Source: a virus
Lineage: Duplodnaviria; Caudoviricetes
Strand: one strand, 5' to 3'
DNA: 53,105 nt
Virus record (IMG/VR): IMGVR_UViG_3300017548_000002
Coordinates: 1 to 53,105 of that record
Below the pieces are notes generated by a model. The model was not told the DNA's origin, searched no databases, and worked only from the letters and a program-made list of their open reading frames with translations. The first letter of the stretch is position 1. Each line of letters begins with the position of its first letter. Made by a program: the position numbers and the translations under genes. Below are positions 35,166-43,625 of the stretch, one piece after another.

Positions 35166-36616
35166 GCTGCAACGCTCCGTTTGGATTTTGCCCATGCGAT
35201 CTGGCGATGCCTGATCCAGCCGATCACTTCCGGTCCCGGTTCGATGGGCGCAATGTCCTTCCGATGAGGCCATTCCGAAAACTTGGCGCGATAATTCGCC
35301 AGCACCCAGCTATCCGACTTGCCGTGCTGGACCGCGTAGCCCTTGAGCTGTGCATAGAAAGCCCGCTTTTCGTCAGGCTTGTGCTTTGGCTTAAGCTCAA
35401 CGAGGTTTCCGTCCTCCACCTCGACCGCAGTGAGCTTCTGAGGCTGGAACCCGCAGCTCGGGCACTTGCTGACGCCCGCTGGTTTCAGGAACGAGCAGGA
35501 CGTGCATTCCTTGGGCAACGGCGCTGATTTCTCGCGGGTGGACTGGTTCTTGTCCTTCCTGCCGTCATCCAGCCGCGTGTGGTGAATGTCGGTAACGAAT
35601 CCGAGCCGAAGTGTCGTGTCGCTATGGTCAAGAACGAGGCAGTCCGATTTTCCATCTGCCGTCCGCAGGCCGCGACCGATCATCTGGACGTAGAGCATCT
35701 GGCTCTTGGTCGGGCGAGCCAGCACGATGCATCGCACGTCCCAATCCACGCCAGTGGTCAAGCACCCAACGTTGCAGACAACCCGAACCTCTCCGGAATG
35801 AAACTGGCGACGGATCGCATCGCGCTCATCAGCGGTCGTGAACGCATCGACGTAGGCGGTGGATATTCCGGCCTCACCGAAGCGATCACGCAAATGGCGG
35901 GCATGCGCCCTGTCCACCGCGAACACAAATGTTGGACGATCCTCACCGATCCTGCGCCATGTATCCACCACGTCGGCGGTCAGCGTTGGCTTGTCCATCG
36001 CGCCGGACAGATCGCCCTCGTGATAATCGCCAGCAACGGTTCGGACGCCACTCAAATCGGGGTGAGACGGCGCGAACACGCGGAAACGGGACAGGTAGCC
36101 AGCTTCAATCAGATCGGTGGTTGTTGCGGCAATGATCAAGTCATCGAAGTGCTTGCCTAGCCCGCGCGTCCAAGGCGTTGCCGACAAGCCGACGAACGGG
36201 ATACGCTTCCACTCGTCCATGCCCATCCATGTGCCGTAGAAATCGAACCAGCGGTGCGCTTCATCGATCACAACGATTTCCGATTGCGGGATCGCCCGTC
36301 GCTGCAACGTCTGGACGCTGGCGACCTGCACGGGCCGGTTCGGGTTCGTCATCTCGTGGCTGGCCTGGATGACGCCAACGTCGCGGATGCCTTCCCGCCA
36401 GAACGATTCCACGGTCTGGTCGATCAGCGAGAGCGCCGGAACGACGAACGTCACACGGTTGCCCTTGCGCAGCGCCCCGTCCACGATTGCAGCAGCGAGG
36501 ATCGTCTTTCCAAACCCCGTTGGCGCTTGCATCATCGGGCGGCGCTTTCCCATGCCAAGGGATAGGCGAAGGGCAGCGAGAGCCTGTTGCTGGTGCGGCC
36601 TGAGTTCCGAGTTCAT
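35162..36616 (-). CDS. SF2 DEAH helicase
   Basis: APTGFGKT, DEAH, SATP, QMIGRGLR, C-terminal Cys4. Confidence 0.92.
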   Translation of the reverse strand: MNSELRPHQQQALAALRLSLGMGKRRPMMQAPTGFGKTILAAAIVDGALRKGNRVTFVVPALSLIDQTVESFWREGIRDVGVIQASHEMTNPNRPVQVASVQTLQRRAIPQSEIVVIDEAHRWFDFYGTWMGMDEWKRIPFVGLSATPWTRGLGKHFDDLIIAATTTDLIEAGYLSRFRVFAPSHPDLSGVRTVAGDYHEGDLSGAMDKPTLTADVVDTWRRIGEDRPTFVFAVDRAHARHLRDRFGEAGISTAYVDAFTTADERDAIRRQFHSGEVRVVCNVGCLTTGVDWDVRCIVLARPTKSQMLYVQMIGRGLRTADGKSDCLVLDHSDTTLRLGFVTDIHHTRLDDGRKDKNQSTREKSAPLPKECTSCSFLKPAGVSKCPSCGFQPQKLTAVEVEDGNLVELKPKHKPDEKRAFYAQLKGYAVQHGKSDSWVLANYRAKFSEWPHRKDIAPIEPGPEVIGWIRHRQIAWAKSKRSVAA

Positions 36617-37116
36617 GACCGGCCTCCCAAGCGCACGACGTTCGCAGGGGCAGAGCCAAGTTCTTCAACGTTGAGTTTTACGTTAGAGGGGTATGCTCCT
36701 TCCTGGATAGGTATATGCGAAGCATTCTGATTCTGATTATGCTTAAGCATTGCTGTAGCATTGCTAGGATTTTCCGCTAGCATTGCTGTAGCATTGCTAG
36801 ACTTTTGGGAGCCGCCTTTGCGTCCTGCGTTAGCCCGTCGAGCGTATGCCTCATCCGCCTTTTGGATTTCCGCATCGATGCGTCTGTGCGTCCAGCCGGG
36901 GCCGAAATATGGGGCCAGCGCGGCCCGCACGTACGGCCACCGCCGAGGCTTCACACGCGCTATTCTGCAAAGCTGATCATCCGTGTCCGGCAAGCCACCG
37001 TGCTGCCAGTATTCCATGATCAGAAACATATATGCGCCGTTCAGTTCAGCATCGAACCGCAGCGTGTCCTTGAGATAGTCGCCCACGTAGAGCGGCATAA
37101 ATGTTCGAGCACTCAT
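36613..37116 (-). CDS. DUF1376/YdaU-family replication protein
   Basis: FMPLYVGDYLKDT...GAYMFLIMEYW...LPD..QLCRIA. Confidence 0.82.
   Translation of the reverse strand: MSARTFMPLYVGDYLKDTLRFDAELNGAYMFLIMEYWQHGGLPDTDDQLCRIARVKPRRWPYVRAALAPYFGPGWTHRRIDAEIQKADEAYARRANAGRKGGSQKSSNATAMLAENPSNATAMLKHNQNQNASHIPIQEGAYPSNVKLNVEELGSAPANVVRLGGRS
36746..36800. repeat. Iteron-like repeats (putative replication origin)
   Basis: AGCATTGCT at 36746, 36757, 36779 and 36790. Confidence 0.7.
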
Positions 37117-37469
37117 GCTGCCAAACTCGCCTTTAGAGGGATATTCAGATCATCCAGAAACGCCTGCACGTCGCCCAGGGAACGGCACACGGCGAATGGA
37201 ACGCTCCATTCACCACACCAATCTCCGAACGCTTTCTGTGAGGCTGAGAGACGGCCCGTAGCCGTTTTCAGTTCGATGAAGGCGACACTTCCACCGGGGC
37301 CGATGATCTCAAGATCGGGAGCGCCGGATATGGCACCCTCGCGCTTGAGGATCGCGCCTGTAATGCGGTCGCGCTTGCCACCGTTCGGGATGGATAGCAC
37401 CTTGTATCCGGCAGGCAGGGAGAGCCGGAGAAACTGGACGATTGATGATTGAAGGGCGGATTCGCTCAT
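37113..37469 (-). CDS. VRR-NUC nuclease / resolvase
   Basis: ESALQ, IPNGG, GAPDL, FIELK..TGRLS..Q. Confidence 0.88.
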   Translation of the reverse strand: MSESALQSSIVQFLRLSLPAGYKVLSIPNGGKRDRITGAILKREGAISGAPDLEIIGPGGSVAFIELKTATGRLSASQKAFGDWCGEWSVPFAVCRSLGDVQAFLDDLNIPLKASLAA

Positions 37470-37795
37470 GACGCCCCGACCGGAGCAAACAGGCAGATCG
37501 TTCGCCCGTCATCGCGGCCACCGACAGAACACCAATGGTACAGCCCGTCCGGCGACGGCCTGACGCGCTTGTCCGTCATCGGGATCACTTCACCCGAAGG
37601 AACGACGTAGCCTTCCGGGCGCTCCTGAACCGACGCCTTGGGCACTTCCCTACAATCAAATCCGGAACAACAATCGAGAGAGTACGCCCAGCCAGTCGGC
37701 GCATCGTGAGCCTCGCTCTCCGTGCAGGACGGCACGAGCAGGCCCATGCCAAGGAGGAACGTGCACGTGATGATGGCTTTCTCGATGAGGGTCAT
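37466..37795 (-). CDS. Secreted Cys-rich phage protein
   Basis: Signal peptide, HDAPTGWAY..DCCSGFDC, SPDGLYHWC. Confidence 0.7.
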   Translation of the reverse strand: MTLIEKAIITCTFLLGMGLLVPSCTESEAHDAPTGWAYSLDCCSGFDCREVPKASVQERPEGYVVPSGEVIPMTDKRVRPSPDGLYHWCSVGGRDDGRTICLFAPVGAS

Positions 37796-37798
37796 GTC

Positions 37799-38221
37799 TC
37801 AGCCCTGCTCTATTCGGGGCCAGTCGGACGACGGCGCAGCTTTCGTTCCGCGTACAAAATCAGCCACGCCAACCAGCTTCGAATTGCGCGCATCGGCTAG
37901 GTCTCTCTCGTGTTGGAATGCGGCCTCGCCTGCATCGGCAACCAAGCCATACGCACGGCGGGCACGCATGAGCGCGCGGTAAACGGAACCACGCACATCG
38001 TTCATCTCTGAAAGCTTGTATTGAAGGCGGAATAGATAGCTCTCGCTGACGCCGATATTTCCAGCCAAGCGCCTGCGGACCGTATATTCCTTTTCGCGCC
38101 GAGAACGTGTCTCGGCCTCCATTAGTTCATCCGCCCATTGAGCGGCCTCACTCAACGCTGACATACTCATTTCAACCTCGGAAAAATTCTTTCCGGTTTC
38201 GGAAATTCTTTTGTCGGACAT
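37799..38221 (-). CDS. Putative transcriptional regulator (CII position)
   Basis: HTH-like RRLAGNIGVSESYLFRLQY; GGAG RBS. Confidence 0.55.
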   Translation of the reverse strand: MSDKRISETGKNFSEVEMSMSALSEAAQWADELMEAETRSRREKEYTVRRRLAGNIGVSESYLFRLQYKLSEMNDVRGSVYRALMRARRAYGLVADAGEAAFQHERDLADARNSKLVGVADFVRGTKAAPSSDWPRIEQG

Positions 38222-38519
38222 GCTGATGCTCCGTCGATATGGTTCAGAACATCAGAACCAGAAACGGAGACATTGAAGTGCAGACCTTCGGCCAACTGTG
38301 TGCGCGTGTCCTGGCAGACCTTGAGCGCCGGGTGGCCCGGAAACAGGCGTCGGAGCGGCCTTACGGCTCCGAAGAATTCGATATGCGCCAACCGCCGCGA
38401 GAGGCGCATGGCCCCGGTGAGGATGGTTCCTCGTGCCTCACCGGGGCGCTCAGGCGCACCGCATGCAAAGTGGAACGTGCCGGACGGATGCTTGTCACAG
38501 CGAATGACAACGGCAAGGG

Positions 38520-38714
38520 TCATCGGGATACCCTCGCCAGAACAGCGGTTGACAGGCCGCGCTCGCGATCACGAGCAACCTGCACAAGCTTGGACGCCTT
38601 GGCCTCGGAGATGCCGAAGTGCTTGCCAAGGTCATAGGTATCGTGCCCCTGCCGGAACATTTGCAGGCAGGCGGTCGCGAGAGCTTCGGATGTGTAGTGT
38701 GCGGCGAGAGCCAT
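38520..38714 (-). CDS. Small HTH protein
   Basis: GHDTYDLGKHFGISEAKASKL; start re-called at MALAAH. Confidence 0.55.
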   Translation of the reverse strand: MALAAHYTSEALATACLQMFRQGHDTYDLGKHFGISEAKASKLVQVARDRERGLSTAVLARVSR

Positions 38715-39145
38715 CACGCGGCCTCGTCTGAATTGGTGACGACATGTCCCGATTGGGTGTATTGAAAATCGCGACATGCGCGACCGGGCTTTCGGGGCGT
38801 TGCACACCCTTCAATTTTTGCGCCACCAGCATCGGGACTTGGTATGCTCGGATTGTCGTCGGAACCCGCCGTGGTACGCGGCCCGGTGAAATGGGTCGCA
38901 GGAGCGGAGGCCGGGAGGAATACCCCCGCTCCTGCTTGTCGCGCGGGGAGGACGCGCGAACCTGAATGTCTGATGCGAAGCATGTGAAGCGCGTCAGCCT
39001 GACGGCGACGGCGCGGAACCATGTAGAGCGACCATGCCACGGAAAGCAGCAAGGCAATGCCAGCCCACACCAGAAAATAGGCGGGCGCGAGCACAGCGAG
39101 GCCAAAGTAGAGCAGGAGAATGAGGAGGATGGGAGCGCGGATCAT
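38714..39145 (-). CDS. Hypothetical membrane protein
   Basis: Two N-terminal TM segments; the C-terminus looks low-quality. Confidence 0.45.
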   Translation of the reverse strand: MIRAPILLILLLYFGLAVLAPAYFLVWAGIALLLSVAWSLYMVPRRRRQADALHMLRIRHSGSRVLPARQAGAGVFLPASAPATHFTGPRTTAGSDDNPSIPSPDAGGAKIEGCATPRKPGRACRDFQYTQSGHVVTNSDEAA

Positions 39146-39204
39146 CGCTCGACTCCCGCCACCCGACTGTGCATCATCCCCAAACTGGTGGGAGGGATGG
39201 ATCG

Positions 39205-39483
39205 ATGAGTGCCAAGAACGAGAACAGCACCGTCTTTGTCGATTTGACCGGTGGTGCGGAACTGGTGGTTAACAGCATTGCCACGGGCGGTTACTGGGGC
39301 AGCCAGCACGTCATATGCTTGGCGAGCAACAGGTACGGAACAACCGCTGATGGGAAATTGGAGAAGCAGGCAGCCATCGTTGCCCGGCTTCGCTTCGACA
39401 ACGATATGGCGAAGATGCTTCGCGATGCGCTCGATCAGCAGATCAAATCGCTGGAAGCTCCACCCAGAGAAACGGCGAATTGA
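39205..39483 (+). CDS. Hypothetical protein convergent with cro
   Basis: GGAGGGA RBS before MSAKNENS; protein-like composition. Confidence 0.55.
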   Translation: MSAKNENSTVFVDLTGGAELVVNSIATGGYWGSQHVICLASNRYGTTADGKLEKQAAIVARLRFDNDMAKMLRDALDQQIKSLEAPPRETAN

Positions 39484-39488
39484 GGAAC

Positions 39489-39716
39489 TCATCCCTCTGC
39501 CTCCTCGTGGTGGGGAAGGAAGATGGCGGCTAGGTCGGGGCGAAGCTCATGAGGCGGAATGCCTGTAACGCGGGAAAGCGCGGGAACCTTGCTCTCCGAT
39601 ACGCGACGTGTCCCGGCCTCGTAGCGGTGCCATTGAACACCGCTGACGCCGATCAAATGACCGGCCTCATCTATCGTAATGCCTTGCGCCTTGCGCCACT
39701 CTCGCAACTGTTCCAT
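39489..39716 (-). CDS. cro: Cro-like XRE repressor
   Basis: LREWRKAQGITIDEAGHLIGVS...RYEAG...TGIPPHELRPDL; divergent from cI. Confidence 0.85.
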   Translation of the reverse strand: MEQLREWRKAQGITIDEAGHLIGVSGVQWHRYEAGTRRVSESKVPALSRVTGIPPHELRPDLAAIFLPHHEEAEG

Positions 39717-39726
39717 GCGAGGTTCA

Positions 39727-39803
39727 TACCATGATGGTAATATCTAACGCAAGCGAAAATTACCATCATGGCTGAATACCATATCGTGCCGTGTTGGTAA
39801 TCT
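39727..39803. promoter_or_regulatory. OR-like operator cluster with divergent promoters
   Basis: TACCATGATGGTA (39727), TACCATCATGGCT (39761), TGCCGTGTTGGTA (39787). Confidence 0.82.
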
Positions 39804-39809
39804 CTCAGT

Positions 39810-40226
39810 ATGGCAGTCAGGTACAAATGGGCGGAAGCGCCGGAGATCGAGGTTTACCTGCAAGAATGGCGCGAAACGAAATTCGCGACACAGCAGGAGT
39901 TGTCTGCCCGCATCGGGTTGCCAGCCCCGACTATATCGCGGTACGAGACAGGTGAACGTGAGTGGGGGAAAGGCTATCTTGAAGCCTTGGCCCATGCCGT
40001 TGGATGCCGGGTATCCGATCTATTTTCGCCACCAAGCCTTACTCCCGAACAACGGCTTCGTTCGGCCCTATTGGCTTATGGTGTTGATAAGGATGATCTT
40101 GGTGCAGCTATTAAGGCTGTTAAAGGTTTCGTGACTGACGACGCCGCCGAGCAACCACAATCAGACCGTCCTCGTGGTCAATCTGCACCCGCCAATCCCC
40201 GCCATGAATCAGAGCCATCGCGATAG
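39810..40226 (+). CDS. CI-like XRE repressor without S24 peptidase domain
   Basis: YLQEWR...TQQELSARIGLPAPTISRYETG...LEALAHAVGC; only 138 aa. Confidence 0.82.
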   Translation: MAVRYKWAEAPEIEVYLQEWRETKFATQQELSARIGLPAPTISRYETGEREWGKGYLEALAHAVGCRVSDLFSPPSLTPEQRLRSALLAYGVDKDDLGAAIKAVKGFVTDDAAEQPQSDRPRGQSAPANPRHESEPSR

Positions 40227-40362
40227 CGACCTCTGCGGTAAGGCGCTTGACCTTCATGTGAGGATCGACAGGCGGTGCGGCTCCCGCCGACTCGCGTAGC
40301 TCTGCTACGATCTGATCGTTCCTGGTTGCGTATTTCGGTTTGATGCGGTGGTGCAGCGACAT
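40120..40362 (-). CDS. Hypothetical protein convergent with and overlapping cI
   Basis: GGAGG RBS before the ATG; GGDWRVQIDHEDG. Confidence 0.5.
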   Translation of the reverse strand: MSLHHRIKPKYATRNDQIVAELRESAGAAPPVDPHMKVKRLTAEVAIAMALIHGGDWRVQIDHEDGLIVVARRRRQSRNL

Positions 40363-40497
40363 GGGTAAGCCTCCCGGAGATAGGAAACTATTCTCCATGT
40401 CAGGAGTCAACCGGGCTGGCGCTTATCCGTTCGTTGGAGCTACTGACAAGCACCGTCAGGAGCAGTAGGTTGTCGCTTGGTTCCAATGGAGGGGATA

Positions 40498-40683
40498 ATG
40501 GCGAACATTGGCGATATCGATTTGTCACTTGCGGCCCGTATCGCTCTGCGCAAGTTTGCCAGTGAACGCGGCTCGCCCTCCCTGTCCGCAGCAGCAGCGG
40601 AAATCCTTGAGGACTGGCTGATAGGCAATGGCTATCTGGAACTGGCGCTGGACGAGGATACGGAGACGGCGGGAGAGGCTTAG
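40498..40683 (+). CDS. Small ribbon-helix-helix-like protein
   Basis: SLSAAAAEILEDWLIGNGYL; GGAGG RBS. Confidence 0.5.
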   Translation: MANIGDIDLSLAARIALRKFASERGSPSLSAAAAEILEDWLIGNGYLELALDEDTETAGEA

Positions 40684-40766
40684 GAATACGAGGTACATCA
40701 AAAGTGACGGAACTTTAACAATTTACACATGTTGTGTTGCCGCAATCGAACGCCTATCATTAAGCC

Positions 40767-41024
40767 ATGAACAATCGCGAGAAAGGGAAACCTATGATCT
40801 CGAAATCCTTCCGAAGGGGTTTCGCGAAGGGGTTTTCGGCACCGTTTTTGTTCTTCGCGCCAGCTGAGATACGCCGCCCTACCCGGTTTAACGGAAGTGT
40901 GGCAAAGGCTTGGGCTGATGTAGGTCGCGCTCTTTCTGAGGCAACAGAAAAGCAAGGGGCGACCATTGAGCAGAAGACCGGTACCAAAACCACCTGCAAA
41001 AAACTCCGTCACGAAGCCGCCTGA
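40767..41024 (+). CDS. Small protein paired with DUF2335
   Basis: F..GF...AWADVGRAL pattern, upstream of the DUF2335-like gene. Confidence 0.55.
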   Translation: MNNREKGKPMISKSFRRGFAKGFSAPFLFFAPAEIRRPTRFNGSVAKAWADVGRALSEATEKQGATIEQKTGTKTTCKKLRHEAA

Positions 41025-41460
41025 GGTTTCAGACGAACTTCGTGCTGAAATTGAACGTCAGATTGGCCCGCTGGTCAATCAGAACCAGCGGGAAGAGATT
41101 CTCGTCCGCATGATGAGCATTGCGACCAGCGAGCAATTCTCTGGTCCGATTGCCCACCCACGCCATTTGCGCGCCTACGAAGAAATCTTGCCGGGTTCCG
41201 CCGAGCGGATCGTACAGATGGCTGAGCGATCGCAGGAGCACAACCGGTCAATGGAGGCAAAAATCGTCTCCGCCATGATCTTCGAAAACAAAGCTGCCAT
41301 GCTCCTCGGCTTCTTGGCGCTCGTCTTGCTCATCGGTTTGGCCGTATACTGTGGCATGAACGGCAACAACATATTGGCCGGCCTACTGCTAGGAGGAGGG
41401 TTCCTCGGCGCAGCTACGAGCCTCATTCGTGGGTGGCATAAGAGCTCAAAACCGGACTAG
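40966..41460 (+). CDS. DUF2335-like membrane protein
   Basis: FSGPIAHP..LRAYEEILPGSAERIVQMAE...H plus two C-terminal TMs. Confidence 0.8.
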   Translation: MSRRPVPKPPAKNSVTKPPEVSDELRAEIERQIGPLVNQNQREEILVRMMSIATSEQFSGPIAHPRHLRAYEEILPGSAERIVQMAERSQEHNRSMEAKIVSAMIFENKAAMLLGFLALVLLIGLAVYCGMNGNNILAGLLLGGGFLGAATSLIRGWHKSSKPD

Positions 41461-41490
41461 CCCCCCCCTTGAATATCTAGCCCCGTCCAA

Positions 41491-41516
41491 CCCCGCCATG
41501 TGCGGGGATTTTCTTT
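41491..41516 (+). terminator. Intrinsic terminator
   Basis: CCCCGC-CATGT-GCGGGG followed by ATTTTCTTT. Confidence 0.7.
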
Positions 41517-41566
41517 GCCCGCGACTCGCCCCAAACGCCACGCCACGGCGGCGGTGACAAAAAAAT

Positions 41567-41615
41567 TACCGTCACGGTATTTTCTTGTTGCATTTATCTA
41601 CCATCATGGTAATCT
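41567..41615 (+). promoter_or_regulatory. OL-like operators and PL-like promoter
   Basis: TACCGTCACGGTA (41567), TACCATCATGGTA (41599); TTGCAT-N16-TAATCT. Confidence 0.82.
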
Positions 41616-41656
41616 CTCCCCAACATCACAGGCACAAGCCAACGGGAGAGACAAAG

Positions 41657-42055
41657 ATGGACACCAAGATTGCACAGAAGCGCGTGAACGACCTCGCCGC
41701 TGCAATGGTCGCGAAGGGAATGCGCCAGCCGCATGCGCAACTCGATATCAAGGCCAATGAGGAACCGACCGTCTATCTCCGGTGGAAGTCCGGCATCGGG
41801 CGCAATGATCCGTTCGACGGTGTGAAATACGAGTTCATCAAGGGCGATATTGCCACCGCTCTTGAGAAGGCGTCCGACTTCATCGCGAAACGCCCCAGCG
41901 CCGAGCAGGCGAAATTGCAGGACTTCATGTCCGCACTCGGCTCCGTCATCGACATCGGCAAACAGCACAACATCGAAGTCGAGTTCCTGAACCCCCTCGT
42001 CGCAACGATGAAGACGCTCTCCGAGAACGTCATCACCGATCAGCGCGCAGCCTGA
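41657..42055 (+). CDS. First early-operon protein, hypothetical
   Basis: GGGAG RBS before MDTKIAQ. Confidence 0.7.
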   Translation: MDTKIAQKRVNDLAAAMVAKGMRQPHAQLDIKANEEPTVYLRWKSGIGRNDPFDGVKYEFIKGDIATALEKASDFIAKRPSAEQAKLQDFMSALGSVIDIGKQHNIEVEFLNPLVATMKTLSENVITDQRAA

Positions 42056-42117
42056 GCCTTCCGGCTTCCCCTCTCCGGAGGGGTTCCCCGAACGCTTTAC
42101 CCGATGGGAGAGACAGC

Positions 42118-42354
42118 ATGGCAGATACTTGGACGCGCCGCCTCTACGACAAAGCATCACTGGCTTTGGATGAGGCGCACAGGGCTTGCTTCAACAGCCC
42201 TGACCGTGGGGCAGTTGGGATGTCCGCTGGACCCTTCTCCGGTGTGAATAAAGCTCTCGGAATTATCGCTGAGCTTGAGCAGTTCAAAGACCAATACGAC
42301 GCCCTGATTGCTGCCGGGTGGGTGCTTACGCCACCCGCTGCCGACGCTCAGTGA
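42118..42354 (+). CDS. Hypothetical protein
   Basis: GGGAG RBS; flanked by 17-bp direct repeats. Confidence 0.65.
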   Translation: MADTWTRRLYDKASLALDEAHRACFNSPDRGAVGMSAGPFSGVNKALGIIAELEQFKDQYDALIAAGWVLTPPAADAQ

Positions 42355-42372
42355 CTTCGGGGGAGAGACAGC

Positions 42373-43614
42373 ATGGCGAAGATCACCAAACTGACGGCAG
42401 CGCAGGAAGCGCGCCTTGTTGAGTTCCGAGAAGAATGGAGACAGATCGGCCTTTGCTGCGATCCTGCCGACTTCGACGCTGGTGATGAAGTCATTCGAGG
42501 CTTCTACAAGCGCCTTGGCAAGGATGCTCCGATCATCCTGCATTTCTCGTCACCGGCAATGTGCGAGCTGGCCGTCAACTTCGTATTCGCTGCCTTGAAG
42601 GATGGTGGGGACAGCCAGCTCCGCAGCCAGCTCGACAGCCAGCTCGGCAGCCAGCTCCGCAGCCAGCTCTACATCCAGCTCTACAGCCAGCTCGACAGCC
42701 AGCTCGGCAGCCAGCTCTACAGACAGCTCGACAGACAGCTCGGCAGCCAGCTCTACATCCAGCTCTACAGCCAGCTCTACAGCCAGCTCGACAGCCAGCT
42801 CTACAGACAGCTCTACATCCAGCTCTACAGCCAGCTCGACAGCCAGCTCGGCAGCCAGCTCTACAGCCAGCTCGACAGCCAGCTCTACATCCAGCTCCGC
42901 AGCCAGCTCCGCAGCCAGCTCGGCAGCCAGCTCTACAGCCAGCTCGACAGCCAGCTCGGCAGTCTCAAATCATATTTTCTCACCAATCGATGGGGTTCCC
43001 AACACTGGTGCTCGTGGGAAGCATTCTATCTGTTCGGTCATGAGATTGGCGTTCAGTACAAGGCTGAGAATATCGCTCTGCTGCTGGAATGGGCGCGCCT
43101 TTCCAAAAGCGTCGGATGGTGGGCACCCTGGGACGGTATCTGCTTTGTCAGTGATCGCCCGCGTCGTGTTCAGTTCGACGCAGAGAACCGGCTGCATTGT
43201 GAAACGGGAAAGGCCGTCGAGTATTCGGACAGTTGGGGTGTCAGTGCATGGCACGGAACCCGCGTCCCAGACGAATGGATCACGGATCGCGCAAGCCTGA
43301 CAGCAAAGATCGCGCTGACACAGGAAAACCTTGAGCTTCGTCGCGCAGCCATTGAAATCGTCGGCTGGCACAACGTTCTGCGCGAACTGGGCGCGACCGT
43401 TGTCGATGAGGACGAGAACCCTGAACACGGGACGCTTGTCGAGGTCCAGTTGCCCGACCTTCCACGCCGAAGCCGCTTCATCCACGTGCAATGCGGGACG
43501 GGCCGCGAGTTCGCTATCGGCGTCCCCAATGAGTGCCAGACCGTCTTTGAGGCACAAGCTTGGATGGCTGGTATGCCGGTCAGCAAGTTCCAGTACCCCA
43601 CCATCAGAACATGA
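42373..43614 (+). CDS. DUF6745-like protein with internal tetrapeptide repeats
   Basis: WWAPWDGICFVSDRP...RLHCETGKAVEYSD.WG...WHGTRVP...N.ELRRAAIE. Confidence 0.78.
   Translation: MAKITKLTAAQEARLVEFREEWRQIGLCCDPADFDAGDEVIRGFYKRLGKDAPIILHFSSPAMCELAVNFVFAALKDGGDSQLRSQLDSQLGSQLRSQLYIQLYSQLDSQLGSQLYRQLDRQLGSQLYIQLYSQLYSQLDSQLYRQLYIQLYSQLDSQLGSQLYSQLDSQLYIQLRSQLRSQLGSQLYSQLDSQLGSLKSYFLTNRWGSQHWCSWEAFYLFGHEIGVQYKAENIALLLEWARLSKSVGWWAPWDGICFVSDRPRRVQFDAENRLHCETGKAVEYSDSWGVSAWHGTRVPDEWITDRASLTAKIALTQENLELRRAAIEIVGWHNVLRELGATVVDEDENPEHGTLVEVQLPDLPRRSRFIHVQCGTGREFAIGVPNECQTVFEAQAWMAGMPVSKFQYPTIRT
42613..42960 (+). repeat. Tandem 12-bp repeat, 29 copies
   Basis: (AGC/ATC/AGA)CAGCTC(CGC/GAC/GGC/TAC) encoding [SIR]QL[RDGY]. 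Confidence 0.97.
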
Positions 43615-43625
43615 AAGGAACCATC

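Noticed and set aside
38239-38637. Plus-strand ORF antisense within the cro operon
   Set aside because: The N-terminus (QTFGQLCARVLADLERR) with GGAG may be real, but the ORF overlaps minus-strand genes and cannot be supported further
41461-41468. C8 tract as a phase-variation site
   Set aside because: Intergenic, after a stop codon and before a terminator; no evident consequence of length change
42613-42960. CRISPR array or DGR variable region
   Set aside because: Units are 12 bp with no unique spacers and lie in frame within a CDS; no cas or reverse transcriptase gene and no template/variable repeat pair in the window
42561-43300. Overlapping ORFs in the other two plus frames (QPA-rich and S/T/A-rich)
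   Set aside because: Open only because the 12-bp repeat lacks stops in those frames; no supporting starts
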